Positions 41,601 through 56,035 of a DNA stretch of 64,000 nucleotides are shown here, piece after piece (the stretch's first letter is position 1; each line of letters begins with the position of its first letter). The DNA is taken from assembly GCA_964035545.1 (NCBI GenBank), contig OZ037766.1, positions 16,482,722 to 16,546,721 on the forward strand, read 5' to 3'. The translations under genes were made by a program, and so were the position numbers. The DNA is from Bugula neritina (taxonomy: Eukaryota > Animalia > Bryozoa). Under the pieces are notes generated by a model. It made no database searches. It was not told the DNA's origin and saw only the letters and a program-made list of their open reading frames with translations.

Positions 41601-43450
41601 GGGCAGGCTTAAAAAGTGACATAACTTATTAATTTTCTTGACTTTGGATAAAAATGTTGTATAATGCTTTAATTTATTATGATTATCTAAGCAAAGCCAC
41701 ATTTTTACAACTTGTTTTGCCAAGAGCTTTCCGAAGAAGAAGGTTTCCAACCTGCGGCTTCATGCCACCAGAGACGAGTTTTTCTCTACGCAGACTTCTG
41801 TTCATTTATAGCTTGCAATAAACTTACACTAATATTATTGAAAATTAAATTTGGTATTTTAGATGTCTGGTAATGTCAATTTTATTTAAAAAGCTCAAAA
41901 GATGATGATCGATTTATAACAGCTATAACACAAATCTACACTACTGCAGGAGGCAAGTGCTTTTTACAAATTCTTTGCCAATATCTCAAGGTTATATGAT
42001 GAGTATTCTAACCAGCATGTTCAGTTGTTTTACAAATCTTCAAAAGAATTTGAAAGCAGAACTACTCTTATTGCATTGATTCCTCAGGCTAAGCGTGAGA
42101 AAAAAACAAGAAAAAGAAACAAGAATATAGTCTACTACTGTTACAACTAATTGTAGTAGAAAAGCATTAGCTTTAAAATAATGGATTTGCATATAATGTA
42201 AACTGCCAATCTCACTTACAAGAAAAGATGAATTCATCAGTGAATCACATTAGCAAGTTAACTGGAGTGATGGTTACAATTCCAAGCTAGTGAGCAGTCG
42301 TAAATGACACAGTCTACTAGTTTCACAAGCTGCAATGTGGCATTGTCATCAAACCTCAGTTTTTTACTCCTACTATAATCTTAAGCTGGCTTCAAACGCA
42401 CTTTTCAGATGTTTATTTTACGCACTAGACTATGAATAGAAAGTACAAAGAGAGACGTAATATTTTCTGGTGAACTAAAAGAAAGCTTAACATGAATGCA
42501 CTTAATGCTGTGGAGATGGAGCTGGTTATTTGTTTTGAAAACCATAAAAGTTAAATCTGATTAAAATACTAAATGCTGATGGTAAGTTGTCATGGTGGCA
42601 TTCCTCTTGAAGGTGAACTCCAGCCAGAGGGAGTAAACACCCTGCAGACAGACATGACTGAGTACTGGAGAGCTCAGGAGGATAAACATGCTTCTTTAAT
42701 ACTCAGCCTATACTAATTAGAATTATATTCTATTAGAAATTCTAACTATATGTTGTTTATAATATGTTATTTCTATAAGCCAGTTTCACTCAAAAGTAAC
42801 AACTTTTTTGGCAAACAAAGAATCTGCAGACAATTTTGCTACTCGAAAAACATAGCCATTGGTCTATGGTTGCAGTCTATGAAGTGCATAGACTGTGAAA
42901 ACATTGTGGTTAGTTCACAAGTGATTATAATTTTGTAATAATATAGACATAATATGGGTATTAAGGCAAAATACTAATTATAAGATATTATTGTAAACAA
43001 GACCACAAACTTTAATAACTTTTTTGAGAGCAGATAGAGCCAGTCTGCTAAACACTTATTGACAGAGACTGATGCAAATTTTTCTCTCAGACAGATAAGT
43101 TGATAAAAGATGGTTGAGGTCATGTGGGCCACTCCACGATACAAGTTGTCAGCTTGTGTCAAGGTAATTTATTTGGTCCAGGAAAGCCCTAACCAGATAA
43201 AAGTCAAGTAGCTTGTTCTTTAATAAGAGATATTGGTTTCAGCTTTTTACTGATAACAATTTTTGTAATGTACATAGAAGCCTCCGGGACTATTATATCA
43301 AGATACTACTGGCTAGTGCTCAGTGCAGCTGTTTTTAAATTTATACTCACATCAATTAGGATATTTTGGTGTAAATTTCATATTTTGGGCCTAACACCAA
43401 CATTTTTATATTTTAAGTAAGTATATACGCTAAATTTGAAATGTATATCC

Positions 43451-43603
43451 GTGTGTGTATGTGTGTGACGTGTGCGTGTGTGTGACGTGTGTGTGACGTG
43501 TGTGTGACGTGTGTGTGTGACGTGTGTGACGTGTGTGTGACGTGTGCGTGTGCGTGTGGATGTGCATGTGCATGTGTGTGTGTGTGTGTGTCTGTGTGTG
43601 TGT
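43451..43603. repeat. (GT)n microsatellite with periodic GAC interruptions
   Basis: Visible directly, with seven TGACGTG units. It explains the HT-rich and CV-rich shadow ORFs. Confidence 0.9.
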
Positions 43604-44614
43604 ACTGTAAAAAATTGGACAGACCAATTCTAATTGTTTTAAATTACTTATTTACTGCGCACACCAGCATTTAATTTGACAGACGGCTGCAGGTTGTCTG
43701 TGATTGATGTCTTTATCTTCTGTATCCAATAGAGCAATAACAATTCTTATGCTGTATTATTTTATGCAATAAAAACTGTATTCTTGGCAGACCGTGGACA
43801 ATTGACATAAATTTTAAATAATTTCGAAGTGCTTTATGGAAAATAATAAAAAACAGTCGATTAATGATTCTAATAAATTCAACTCTGCTTGATGAACCAC
43901 AAGTTAGATTAATAAACCACATTGGTGACAGTAGATATCACAACCAACTCATACATCTAAAATGTGCAACGATTTTACATTTATAAGTCTGAGTCTACTC
44001 TAGAATTTTGTAAATAAGAAAATTGCATATAATAAAAAGAAATTCCATTATTACTTTTCCTTACTTTGTTGCATTATTGTGAGTACAGTGGCAAGCTACT
44101 TTTTCCTATAAATAGTCTTGATTTCATAATTAATTGTCTTATCTGGTGCACCATCTGGCAAATAGCTCTTTGACTCCTCTACTAGTAGATTATTACTAAA
44201 AATATTCAAATGTTGGAAAGCTCAATTAAATAATGTTTCAAAAAGTTACTGAATTAACCATTTTTCACACACAATTTGGAATATCCAAGACAATTACCTT
44301 AAACAATACTGATAGTATTATAACATAGTAAACTATACTGCCACACCTCATTTGCACTTACTATATACTAAATTATACAATCTTTACAAACAATCCTAGA
44401 AACTATATGTAAATTGTTTATACCACATGAGGTTTCATCTAAATTTAGAGCAACTATAGTGCTATTACTAGCAATATCTATGAATAATCACTTTGATATT
44501 ATAGACACACACAGCTGTAAAATTCTGATAACACACAATTTTAAATGATGACTAATATAGTTGTAAATAATATACGCAATAGCATAAAGAATAAAGACCA
44601 ACAAAAACCTATTT

Positions 44615-44750
44615 GGAATAAGTTCCACTGTGCTCATCGTTTGAATCTTTTAGCAGCGAAGTTTTGTTATCTACCCGATTCGAATTTTGAAAATCTCTTC
44701 AGTTCAGCACAAGAGTTTACCATGTTCATTCGAAAAAACACGATAATTAA
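44615..44750 (+). mobile_element. Possible hAT transposase remnant
   Basis: FHCAHRLNLL...NLFSSAQEFTMFI resembles the hAT HCxAHxLNL motif and the helix after it. It is short and I identified no TIRs. Confidence 0.35.
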
Positions 44751-47700
44751 CTGAGGTTTAATATGTTGCTGAAAACATTAAATTCAAGTATAATATATGA
44801 TATAAGCTGACATAGTTTTTCCGTTCAAATGATAATTCGTCGGCTAGTTATGGAAGTTGTTTGATAAATAACATTTTTGCAAACAGCCCGTCCAGTTGGG
44901 CATCTACCACCGCCTCTGTTTTAGCAAAAGAGTTTAAGTTTGTGATTCACTATCAAGTTAAAAAATGTTTAAAATTCTTTTTATACATTACTATTGCTAA
45001 TGTCAACGTTTTTAGTCTAGCTTAGTTACTTTAGATTGAATTTGCTAAACTCCCCTATTTTCAAACTGTTTAAATAAATTATCCTGTAATAATGTAGAAC
45101 AATTTGACTGCCCAATGACTATATTTGAAATGTTGGTGCGACTTTCGTGTGATTCTCACGAGTGTGTGGCCGGGCCTGAACTTACAGCTGTACAGCTACA
45201 AGAGAATTTCAGATTGAAACTAGTGCGGCCAGCCTTAGGTTGTTAAGAGCAATATTTTTCTTGATTTTATCGGTGATCTACATTCAGTAGTCAATATAAT
45301 AGTCCTAAAAAATACACTTGAGCTGAGCTTTGAAGAGGAAAGCTGGTAATTATAAATATAATAAATAAGTTAGCACATCAAATAGAGTAACTGGACAACT
45401 TTTGAAGTTCCACATTTTTAGGCAGTTACGGACCAGCCATTTGCAATAATTAAAACAATGCATGCATGATTTATGGTCATGGGAAAGGATACTTTATGTA
45501 AATGGACTTGAATGGCTAGTGTATTTATAATATGCAAAATAACATGTGAGCGTTAGCCAGGCTGAAAGCATTACTATTCACTTATGAAACTATATGTAAT
45601 GTTATTTAATAATATAATATTTGTAATAACTTCAGACTAATTACTGGTTTAATGAGCCTCTAGCTTAAAGATTCTCAATATTGTTGTAATGACTCAAAGA
45701 GGATTACAGAGTTAAGTACTCACAGTCAAACTACAACTAAATATAGTCATGACATGGTGATGGTCCTTACAGGACTGTATAATTAACTCATTAGGACAGT
45801 CTTAAGTGAGATATGCCGACTCCTACAAATATACTATACATTTTATTGGGCCATAATTTCACCAGGTACTACATAGCTAGCAGATGTTTCATGGGTACTC
45901 TATATACAGTGCTTCGCTTGAAGGAAAAAACTGCTTGTTTGACTCATAGTTTAGTAAACATTGAGGCCAACACCAGATGATAAGACTTTATCTTGACAGT
46001 TTGTTAGGTTTTGAAGGCATATTTTCTGAGTCATATAAAATGCAATAAACAAACTTGTAAAATAATTAGCAATACCATATAACATGAGCTTAGTGTGTTT
46101 GTGATAAGCCTATGAATTGCGGTCTGTGGGCTGTGAAGATATCAGCAATATCAGTTTTATTCTGATTGTTTTAATACTAAAGAAGAATATAAATTATGAG
46201 AAAAAGTTACAAAACTGGTGTACAGTAATATGATGACTTACTTAGTGACACTTTTTACTTGTAATGTCCGTCACATTTAACTAAAGTGAAGAATAGCATA
46301 AGGTAGGTAATAGGTAACAAAACATTAAGGTTTTTATTTTATATTATATTAAATAAAAAGGAAAAGTCATATTAGTTACATGTGTGAGTTGTTTCAAATC
46401 TTCTAATTTTCAACAGTTCCATTTTCTACCATCTAGCATTTAATTAAATTTCTTATCAAAACGTTTTTACTTAGCAAAAAATTACCACATTGAGAATAGC
46501 AACACATGTACGCTAATGCTTTAGATAAGAAATATAAATAAACATTGCTAATTGATGGGAAGTAACAAGCAATTTAAGTGTAGGTTTTCTTATTCAAACA
46601 AATAAAAAGATATCTAAATTCACCCCATTTAAGGCAGCTGATAAGTTAATGGATTTGTAGGGTTGTCTTCTCACTAATGACTTCCCTAGCATAACTAGGA
46701 AGAAACGTTACCAGAAAAAAACATCTACAAAAATATCTACCAAAACTGATGCTCTGTGCGTAAAAGTTAGTGTTTACTCAATCATTGATTGTACTCAGAC
46801 TATATAATATATTCAACATATTCACACTGTAAGTGTCAGAGATAAAACATATCAACACCATTTTGATGACCGATCTGAGGTCAACAGTTTAGTGTCCACC
46901 TCCAAGGCCGTAAAATACCCAGGTCACAGCATACTATAACATTATATTGTAAAATAATATTATATATTTATGTATGTAATGACTGTTTGGTGCATACAAA
47001 ACTGTAAACAAAATTACAGGCATAAACATTTATGAATTATTATACTATATGAAACTCTCCGGTTATGTTTTATAATTAACTTCATATCACACATCAGAGG
47101 GAAAATGCTGCGGAATTGTTTGAAATTTTATAAGCAGGTTTGCATATTTCATGAACTTTTATTCTTCTTGCAAATGCACTTTCTTTAGTATTTGCATATC
47201 AATGCTGCCACAGTTTGTAAGTTTCTGCATGGGCCAATGTTTATTTCAAGGTCAAGAAAATGCTAATACTAAAAAACTGCGTCCTATAAGAAAGAAATTA
47301 TGCAGCGACACAAGACTACACTCCACAGTTTTAAGCTTTGCAGGACACCTGAGGATGATTAGAACGGCAGATGACTAGAAACTCAGGTGTGCTTAGAGTC
47401 TACACTCTGTTTATATTCCAACAGGCATTAGAATCTAGAGAACAGATTGACTTTGACATAATACAAACCCTTACAGCAAATAATGGCTTTATTATTCATG
47501 AGACAAACAGTAGTGATCAAGGTAATTAAATAGTGATAATTCATAAATGTAGAGGTTTAGTATTAACTGCAGCACCTGAAGAAATAAATAAATAATTATT
47601 GTCAGTTTGACATAGGAATTGTTAAGTATGTGCTAATGGAGCTATTGCAACATAATTGCTACAGTTGCTTGTCTTTTGTTGGACTGGAAAATGGATAAGT

Positions 47701-50078
47701 GCAGTAGAAATTAACTATACAATTAATGTATTCCCTGAATCTTCACAGATATGAAGATCAAAACAATTCTTTACACAAAATTCAGAATCTAAATATATAA
47801 AAATACATTCTTTATAAGCACTACAGTTTTGATCTCAAAGTCAATCCATTCCACACTGGGTCTAGAAAATATTTATTGTAAAAGATGGTGAACTGTAGAC
47901 ACACTGCTATTTAAATGATGCAGCAGAAGAGAAGTGCTAGACATGCAGTTGCTTGAAAAGCTATATCACTGAAATAACTTACTCAGCAGCTTCAATAGTT
48001 TTATCTTTGTTTAGTACAGCTAATTGCGAAAACAAACTTTCTTGTCTATATTAGGAATGAAATAAATTAGATAATTCCAGGATTCCAAATTAAATTTGTT
48101 TGTTATTAGAAGTCCTTCTGACAGTCAAACATCTGCTTAAATTTGATTAAGTTTTGGAACTGCTGGTGCTACTGCTCATTATTTAATTACTCAGCCATTG
48201 TGTTGCATCTGAGTTATGGTGGAGATTGCTAGGTGGAAATTAGACATTCATAATCTATGAAAAAATGTCATTTGTAAAGCCCAATGACATTTAAAAATTT
48301 AGGTCATATTATACAGTATTGAGAAAATAATAATACATTATAATTTAGTTGGGCAGTGTATCAATTTATCATTATGGCATGAGCTAAATCTTATGTTCTA
48401 TTGAATAATTTAAATAGCAGTGACTGCAAGTTTTGGCACTGCAAATGTCAGTTTTTTGGTGTCAAAACTTAGGCATTCTACCAAAAACAAATAGCCCTTT
48501 TCTGTGACATGTATTATACAAAAAATTGCCCCCCTAGCTTTCCCTTATCAACATTTCAATTGATCAATTTGTAATTATATTTTACTTACACTGCTAAATT
48601 CCACACTTGCTTTAGTCGCATGATAAAAGAAATAACTCTTATAGGCATCTAACATGCTTTATTACTGATTATATTGGACAAAGGTATAAAAATTACAAAA
48701 AAGTTTTTATACCACCAAAACTGCACGATTTTGAATACTTATGTGCAATCATAAGTTGAGAGTAATTCACACTCTTTTGACAGTCTAAATAACTAATTTC
48801 AAAAACTAGTAAAATATTAAGCACTGAAAGATTTGGTAAAAAACTGAGTTACAACATTATGCACTTCATTAAAATCTAGACTGGTTCAAAATATCGGATA
48901 ATGTAACTGATATATGATCATATTGCGTAACTATATCTTTATTTTATTGTTTATCAGAACACTAAATGGGAAAAGTTACAGCAAATGCTGGAAAAATTTT
49001 AACACCAGTGAATAAGGGAAAGATCCATTTACACCCATTTCCATGATGTATAACAACAGAAAATCCCATTTATGTAGGAAATTTGTGAAATCTCATGTTT
49101 CATACCATGAAGGTCAATCACAGGCCTTAAATGTTTGATATTATCAATAGCAGTAAGTTATCAACACGTGTCATGACTTTAAATTGGACATAACTGAGCA
49201 TGCCAATAAGAGTTTTGTAAATTATTTAAAATATAAATAAAAGATATCACATAACAAAAAATAGGTCTGTCATTAGAGGTTAAAAGTTTATGTTAGGAGT
49301 TGATACAATAATATATGAGATAATATGATCAAAATTTCTTGGCCATTTGTAATGGTTGCAACATGTTCTATGTGACACCCAAAGAGATAACTGCGAAAAG
49401 AAGAAAATCCTGTTATAAGAGGATGAAACTATGACTGGTCAAACTGCAACAAATGTACCACAAAAACAGAATTTAGCAAATGAAAGCAGAAAGCACTAAA
49501 ATGTGATCTATTGTTTCAAATTATATAATATAGATAAGAGATGGCAGGTCTTAATGTGACCAAATATATTGACAGACTTGCACACACCAATTGTTAAAAA
49601 GGGTAAAAGTTATAAATCCAGATAATTGATTGATTGGAATAAAATTAAACAGTCGATATGATTGAAATGTGAGTGTAGCACTTGCTAAGTTGTGACACTT
49701 GGCTACTGGGGAATTTGGTGACACTTTGGAAGTGACATCCTAGAGTAATTTTGGCACTTGCTCCCACTATTATGAAACTGCACCTCACATGATTTGCATG
49801 ACTAGACGAGTCACTAATATATTCCTGCTGATTGAGATAAATATGGCTCTTTGGTGGTATGCGAAAAATTGCATAATCTTACAAAACAGTTCTGTCTGAG
49901 AGTTTTAGCAATTGGACTTCTGACATTTCCTTTCTACTGAGAGGCATACTGAACAATGCAAGACTATCTGAAGTGGAGAACATAGAACACAGCACATGGT
50001 AATGGCCAGAAAATTAGAGTGAATGTGCAGAAGTATGGCTTATTGCTACTGGTAACCACTCCTGGTAGCCACTGCTGG

Positions 50079-53000
50079 TTAACAGAGATCCAAATGCTGG
50101 CGAAATATTCGCTGCACAAATTCATAAAGAGGAGAACGAGAATCCTGTCCAGAGTGAGGGGTTGGGGTTTGGGTTGAGAGTGCATCACTCAGCTCATTAG
50201 CTTGAGATTTGAGATGAGCTAGTACCAACTTTCTACACTTGTTAGCTCTGAACGCTGCAGTCTTCACATCTGTAATATTAACATACTATATTACTAGAAC
50301 ATACTCAATCAGCAGGGTGATGTGACACAACACATATTAATCACAAAGGTGAAAACAATCTTCTGGAAGACAGCACATCACAGAATCACCATCCCTTCAA
50401 CTTTGTTCACTGAACATAAAAACAATTTTCAAAGGCAAAGGCACATTCCATATTAATTTTAAAAAATTTCGTTTATCTCACACACAGTAAGCTTACAGCC
50501 AAACTTCAAAGGCCTTGAACACTAAAAATAACAAGTCTTGAAAGATATATAAAGTCTACTAGTAAAGCGCCAGAGCCTCTGGAGGATCAAATAGTCTATC
50601 TTAAACATCAAGTCAGTTTCAATTAAACCAAATATAGACAGGTTGGGGTTCTCAAGGCGAATAATCATCACCATGCACACAGACAGTAAAACACAGACAA
50701 CTTCACAGCTCCCAACTCGCCAACATGAGACAACAGTGGCACAGTTACCTAGTGAAGTTGTTGCTAAATAGTAAGTAGCTCTTTCAAAGGCTTCATGTTG
50801 GGTGGCAGGGTGTATTTGCTTACAAAACAAGACATAAAATAAAAGTTCACACTGTTTATAAGATTGGCAACATTTGCACCAAGATTATCTCTGGTGTAAT
50901 GGGAGAGATTTTCATATTCAAAAACAAGTAATTATGCAAGCCTATAAAATTGTGTGATGAGATAAACTAATTAAAGTAAAGGCACCACCTCATACTTTAT
51001 AGCCATTACTCTTCAACAGCCAATACTATAAAAACCTATAAAACAAGTTCATTATCTTGATGACATAATGTCTAATGTGTAGAAGAAAAGAATATATGAA
51101 ATTCCATCATAACAGTTATTATAAGTACCAGGTGCTGAAAAGAACACAAAATCTTTTGAAATAAAAATCGTCTGACAGGATTTAGGGCTAAGGAAGCATG
51201 AAGCCAAGTACCACCTTTAACAGTGCAATTTGTCAATTGATTTAGACGACATAAAACATCAAACACTCTTAAGCAATATTGCTAGGTGCATTGACTGTAA
51301 AAATAGGAAGTATTTATATAAATCTATGCTTAAAGGATGTATACATCACACCCTAAAGGAACTGATTACTCTTATTGATAAACTAGTCTATGCTGAAAAC
51401 ACATTTGGGTTATCTCTTAGGGAGTAGGATTAGAGTTAAGTAAAATGTGATAGTCAAATTGGAGCAAAGTTACTTTCTACTATGAAGATTATACAATGTA
51501 GATAGAAGTTAAAGAAGTTTTATTTCCTGGGTAAAATGAAAAGCTAAAATAATCCTACCAAAAATATTGGCAGTTTCGTTACTAAAAATGCTTGATTTGT
51601 ATAATATGTAAGTCATATGCAATGCTCTGGTATAATAATTTACTGGTACTATTTGTTAGTAAATACTCAGATGTGTGAAAGCATGACACCGTTTACACGT
51701 GTGACATGATGTAGCATACGGACCTCTTTCCCTCTCACATGACTGTCACATGGCTGAATGACATTGACTCACAGTCACATGGGCAAACTACACTAAAGCA
51801 TTAGAACCAATTACAGCCACAGCAGAAAAAGAAATAAGGAAGAAATGGAATAATATATTATAATTATGTTAATTTGAAAGATTGAAAATAGTGTCATTTT
51901 TATTTTAACATAAATTAGTTAAAGCTGTCTACGGCAACAATGCTGGAAAGAAATGTGTGCAAGAAAAAATGCAGGTATTGTTTGTAAATTCTCCATGCAT
52001 GTGAGAATGGTAAGAGCTTTTCAAGTGGCCAAATGACTTGTTTTCTATTGTGGCAAAAGAACAATTATGACCAAATGCCCTTCCTAACATCAGCAATGGC
52101 TTTACTGATGTTTGTCAGAAGTGATACTTGAATTCAGACAGCTCATATTGCCTAGTAGTAAAGTGAAGTAATTTCTCATCCCTAGATCAACCATCATAAC
52201 CAACGACTACATTTGACAACAAACTACTAGACATATTTTAATATAAAGCTTTCACATTTTACAAACTATTAAATTATATTAAATAAATCCAAAATGAACG
52301 TAAGATGAAGGTTTTGAATTTCCAGTAAACATAGAAGCAAATAATCATGCCAACATGGCTGTAGATATAATGATTAAAAACATTCAGGATTAATAACTAG
52401 TAAAAGTTTCAAAATTCCAGCTACCAGAGATGAAATATAAATAATCAATGCTTTCTGCAGACATGATTGATGGTATAATATTTAACTATTTCCTAAACAC
52501 CTACTTTATCTCTATAATAAACTGAAAACAACTTGATTCCAGTAAAACAATTTGGAGAGAGAAGATAAATGCAAGTAAATTCAACAGAATATATAATCTG
52601 TTCAGATCAGTCATAACCACAACCTAACATCACCCAAGTGTAAACATTATTTATCTGTGTATTAGGAAGTGTAGGAGACAGCACATACCACTTGGAGCTG
52701 AGGAGTTGATGTACAGTTTAACAAGTTGGCGACATATTAAATCGGCTTGGTGGGAAACATCCTCTGCAGAAATCTGCATACTCTTCTCTTTTTCTAAAGA
52801 GTCGGTCACATGACTTGGTGCTTCCACAGGTTTAGTCAAACACATCTTAGTAAAGCTGTGACATGCAAAACAAGTAGTTACCATGGTAGTTATCTTACCG
52901 AGTTGACTGAAAAGAGGGCATTACTCCAAATTGGAAAAAGTGATAAAAATTCGGTGTAATCAAGAATTAATTCTAAAATCTCTGTTAACAAATAGCCAGT

Positions 53001-56000
53001 TAGCTACTAATTCATTGAGTAACTTCAACGTAATATGAAGGAATGATGGTGAGCCTGCCGAAAATAAATTCTCTTTAAATTGTTAGATTGTCAGCTTTTA
53101 GTATTTTCTGTAGAAAGAAACATTACTATGTAACCATTTCTTAAGGCCTCATTCACACTTGCCGTACCGTACGCCGTAACAGCAAATACCAGGCATTTTT
53201 ACAAATGTCTAGGCTTCCTGTACGGCGTTGCGTTAAGTCAGGATCAAGCATTGCTTGATTCAAACAAGTTGCGGCGGGCTCCTATTAGACAGAAAAACTT
53301 TTACGACAACTCATTGGATATAATTGTCCAATGAAGTGTCATAGATCGTATCTAATAGCGGACTTTGAAAACTTCAGCCCGGACACATTAAAAATGGCTG
53401 ATATTTTACGTTACGAGTGTGAATGAGGGGCTAGTGTTACATAATTCATTACTCATTGAGGTAATTTTTTTACCTGATTGTGTTTAGGAAATTGCTAAAA
53501 GATAAAATAAATAAAATCCTTGTGTTTTGAAAATGTGAAGTGCTGAAGGAATGTACAGCAGAAGAACGAAAATTTGTGTTTTCTTTGCACCAGCTATTGT
53601 AAGGATTAGCTTTTGTAAAGTTTATATTTCAATTCTCTAATTGATCTACTACACCTGGACCCCAGCAACTCTCAGAGTTAGAATAGTGAAATAAAAAAGT
53701 GTAGATTATGCACCAACTGCATTCCTTAAAGTAAACATTGAATAAAGAATATTAGCTATTGGTGTCTAGAAAGAAGAATGATAAACAGACTATTACTAGA
53801 TTATTTGGTTTACACAAGGTGATTGTGAATCAACAGTAAAACATCTGCTAGCCAACCACTGCTATTATACTATTACATTAGGATTTACTCTCTCATGTAT
53901 CTTACCCTTAGCTTCATAATAAAGATAGCAATACAGTGCAATTCACACTGCAATTTACGTTATTCTATTTGCTAACAAGCTGACAAAACTACAGAGAGCT
54001 CACTATTTCATTTCAAAAAGTGTATAAAATTTCATAGCATAAGAAATTCTTACTAAAATTTAGTTTTCCATTCGACAAAATTCAATTGAAAAACTGCAGG
54101 CTAAAACTTAAAACTGTTCAGCAGAGGCTGTCATGACGGGGATCAGAAAAGTCTATTTTTATAAGTTGAGTATGCTTAATATTTTCCCTATAGTTGAATG
54201 TATAAAAGATTGATCATTGTTAGTCATTTAATTTTTAATATATAAATTTCTTTCTATGTGAAATACTGAAAGCTTACAATCTTCCATTTAATTTTATGCT
54301 AAATCACAAATTTCTGAAAGGACTCATATGACTTTTAACTTATAGCACTATTTTTACAAGCCTAACAACATGATTGCAATAAAACCAGCAGATTTCAACA
54401 CACGTATATGGTATACCTAATTAGATCAGTAACAGAAGATGCTCCACTGTCGATATTGTAGATCTCCCACGAGTGAGCTGTAGGATCAGGTACTTCTAAC
54501 CTCTGACTTATCTTGCAAATTGTGTTTTCATCTATTCTCTTGTCAATGGATCTGTCCTTGTTCCTGCTCATACAGACTGCCAACGGTTTGTTTACATATA
54601 CCTCACCAAACCCTAGGTTATCTATAAAATAAGATGGGTTGTAGAGCACTCAAGTGAATTTCTTAATTTATGAGATTAATTCTATAAAAAAATCTAATAA
54701 CAAAATATACTAAAGTCGGTAAAAAATTTGTTTCACCATTAGAAGCCAAGTACAAGTGACTGAATTTAAAGAAAGCACATGTGTTTTTCAAACTGCTGTG
54801 TGAATATGACAAATTGTAAAGCAGCAACAACAAAAACGAAAAGTTTCCGATGCTTTTCTTTTAAATTGCATAAAAAATTTCTAAACTTTGGAATAAAATT
54901 GTTTATATTTAAGTAACATTATTAGTACATTGCTATCTCTGTACTGTATCATTCATCATCATATTTTACAAACACTTTCTAGCTAGTTGGTAGTAGGGAT
55001 ATCTCATGCTGCGATAATACATGATGTCATCAATAATGATGCACACATCATCACTACTGGTGAGATCAGCTGTTTGTGATGTGATGAGTTGACAAGCATC
55101 TGATGTATTCAATATCTCTGGCATGACCAAGGCAGCACCATGTTTGATGTAGAGCACGACAGCCTCGACTAGTCTGACTATAGCATGTCTAAACAATTTG
55201 TAAGATGTCAAGACAGCGCCTTCCTACAACAAGTTCGTAAAAGTTAAATAAGAAACCGAGAATGGTACGATGATATTGAGAATGGAGTTTATATTTTGTA
55301 CCTAATTGACAAAGTAGCAGATATTTAGGTATAAAGAGACTCTGTGTAAGATAACCTACTGAACTCATAGAAAATTCCATCATTCAGGTCAATATTTATC
55401 ATAACAAATTATTCAGCTCTAAACTCTACATTAGGTAGTGGGCATGGAGATTTGCACAATAAAAACAGTACAATATTTCCTATTCAAAAAGCTATTGGTC
55501 AATTAAATATATATCAAATATTTGATTAAATCATACCTCGAGTAAACTTGACCTTTCAGTTCCAAAAGATTGTGATAGCAATTGTAGTTCATCAAAGCAG
55601 ACGTGTACATCTAAAAACACAGTTAAATAAAAGGAAATATATAAATGATACAAGATGGATGCTGCATCTGCTTTAACTAAGATTTAGTAGTCAGCCATAC
55701 ATCACCCAAAACTTATACTCAATGTTATTAAAAGGGAAAGAAAGAATGCTATATGGTTAACAAGCTTAGACCTTTACATGACTTCGGGAAACTTCTAAAA
55801 TAAACATATTTTGACTCAACTTTACCAGCTTACATGAACATACATCAATGCAATCAGCATCCCGAGTTAGCTGTTGGTATTGAAAAAATAAAGATTATAT
55901 GCAACATGTGCCATTGCAGTTTTATAACTTACATTTGATTGAAGTCCTTGTGCCGGAACAATTTGCTAAGGTTTGAGCTAATGTTGTTTTTCCGGAGCCA

Positions 56001-56035
56001 GGAACACCAATTGTGCATATGAGAGAGACAGACAT
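50079..56035 (-). CDS. PSTK: L-seryl-tRNA(Sec) kinase (O-phosphoseryl-tRNA(Sec) kinase), ~329 aa, 6 coding exons
   Basis: Exons are 56035-55933, 55610-55537, 55223-54974, 54621-54417, 52855-52689 and 50269-50079. All are GT-AG with consistent phases, total 990 nt. The N-terminal P-loop IGVPGSGKTT, IIIDDIMYYRSMRYPYYQLARKYNLGF, C..RN..R, RLEVPDP..HSWE and HQADLICRQLV match PSTK (DDNFYYQSMRYEVYQLARKYSLGF...). Confidence 0.9.
53145..53431. mobile_element. PIF/Harbinger-like MITE in PSTK intron 4
   Basis: TIRs are GGCCTCATTCACACT (53145-53159) and AGTGTGAATGAGG(GGC) (53416-53431), with TAA on the left flank. The interior is CpG-rich relative to the flanks. Confidence 0.55.

Noticed and set aside
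26000-50000. Hidden protein-coding gene among the many 60-107-aa ORFs (e.g. 38151-38474, 39527-39805, possible exon ~36424-36562)
   Set aside because: I found no recognisable domains and could not build a phase-consistent exon chain. Small UTR exons or ncRNAs cannot be excluded.
49700-50078. SECIS element or in-frame Sec codon in PSTK
   Set aside because: The assembled CDS has no in-frame TGA, and I saw no convincing SECIS core by eye.
50522-50830. 102-aa minus-strand ORF as an additional PSTK exon
   Set aside because: Exons 52855-52689 and 50269-50079 already join in phase to give a normal-length PSTK, and this ORF has no PSTK similarity.
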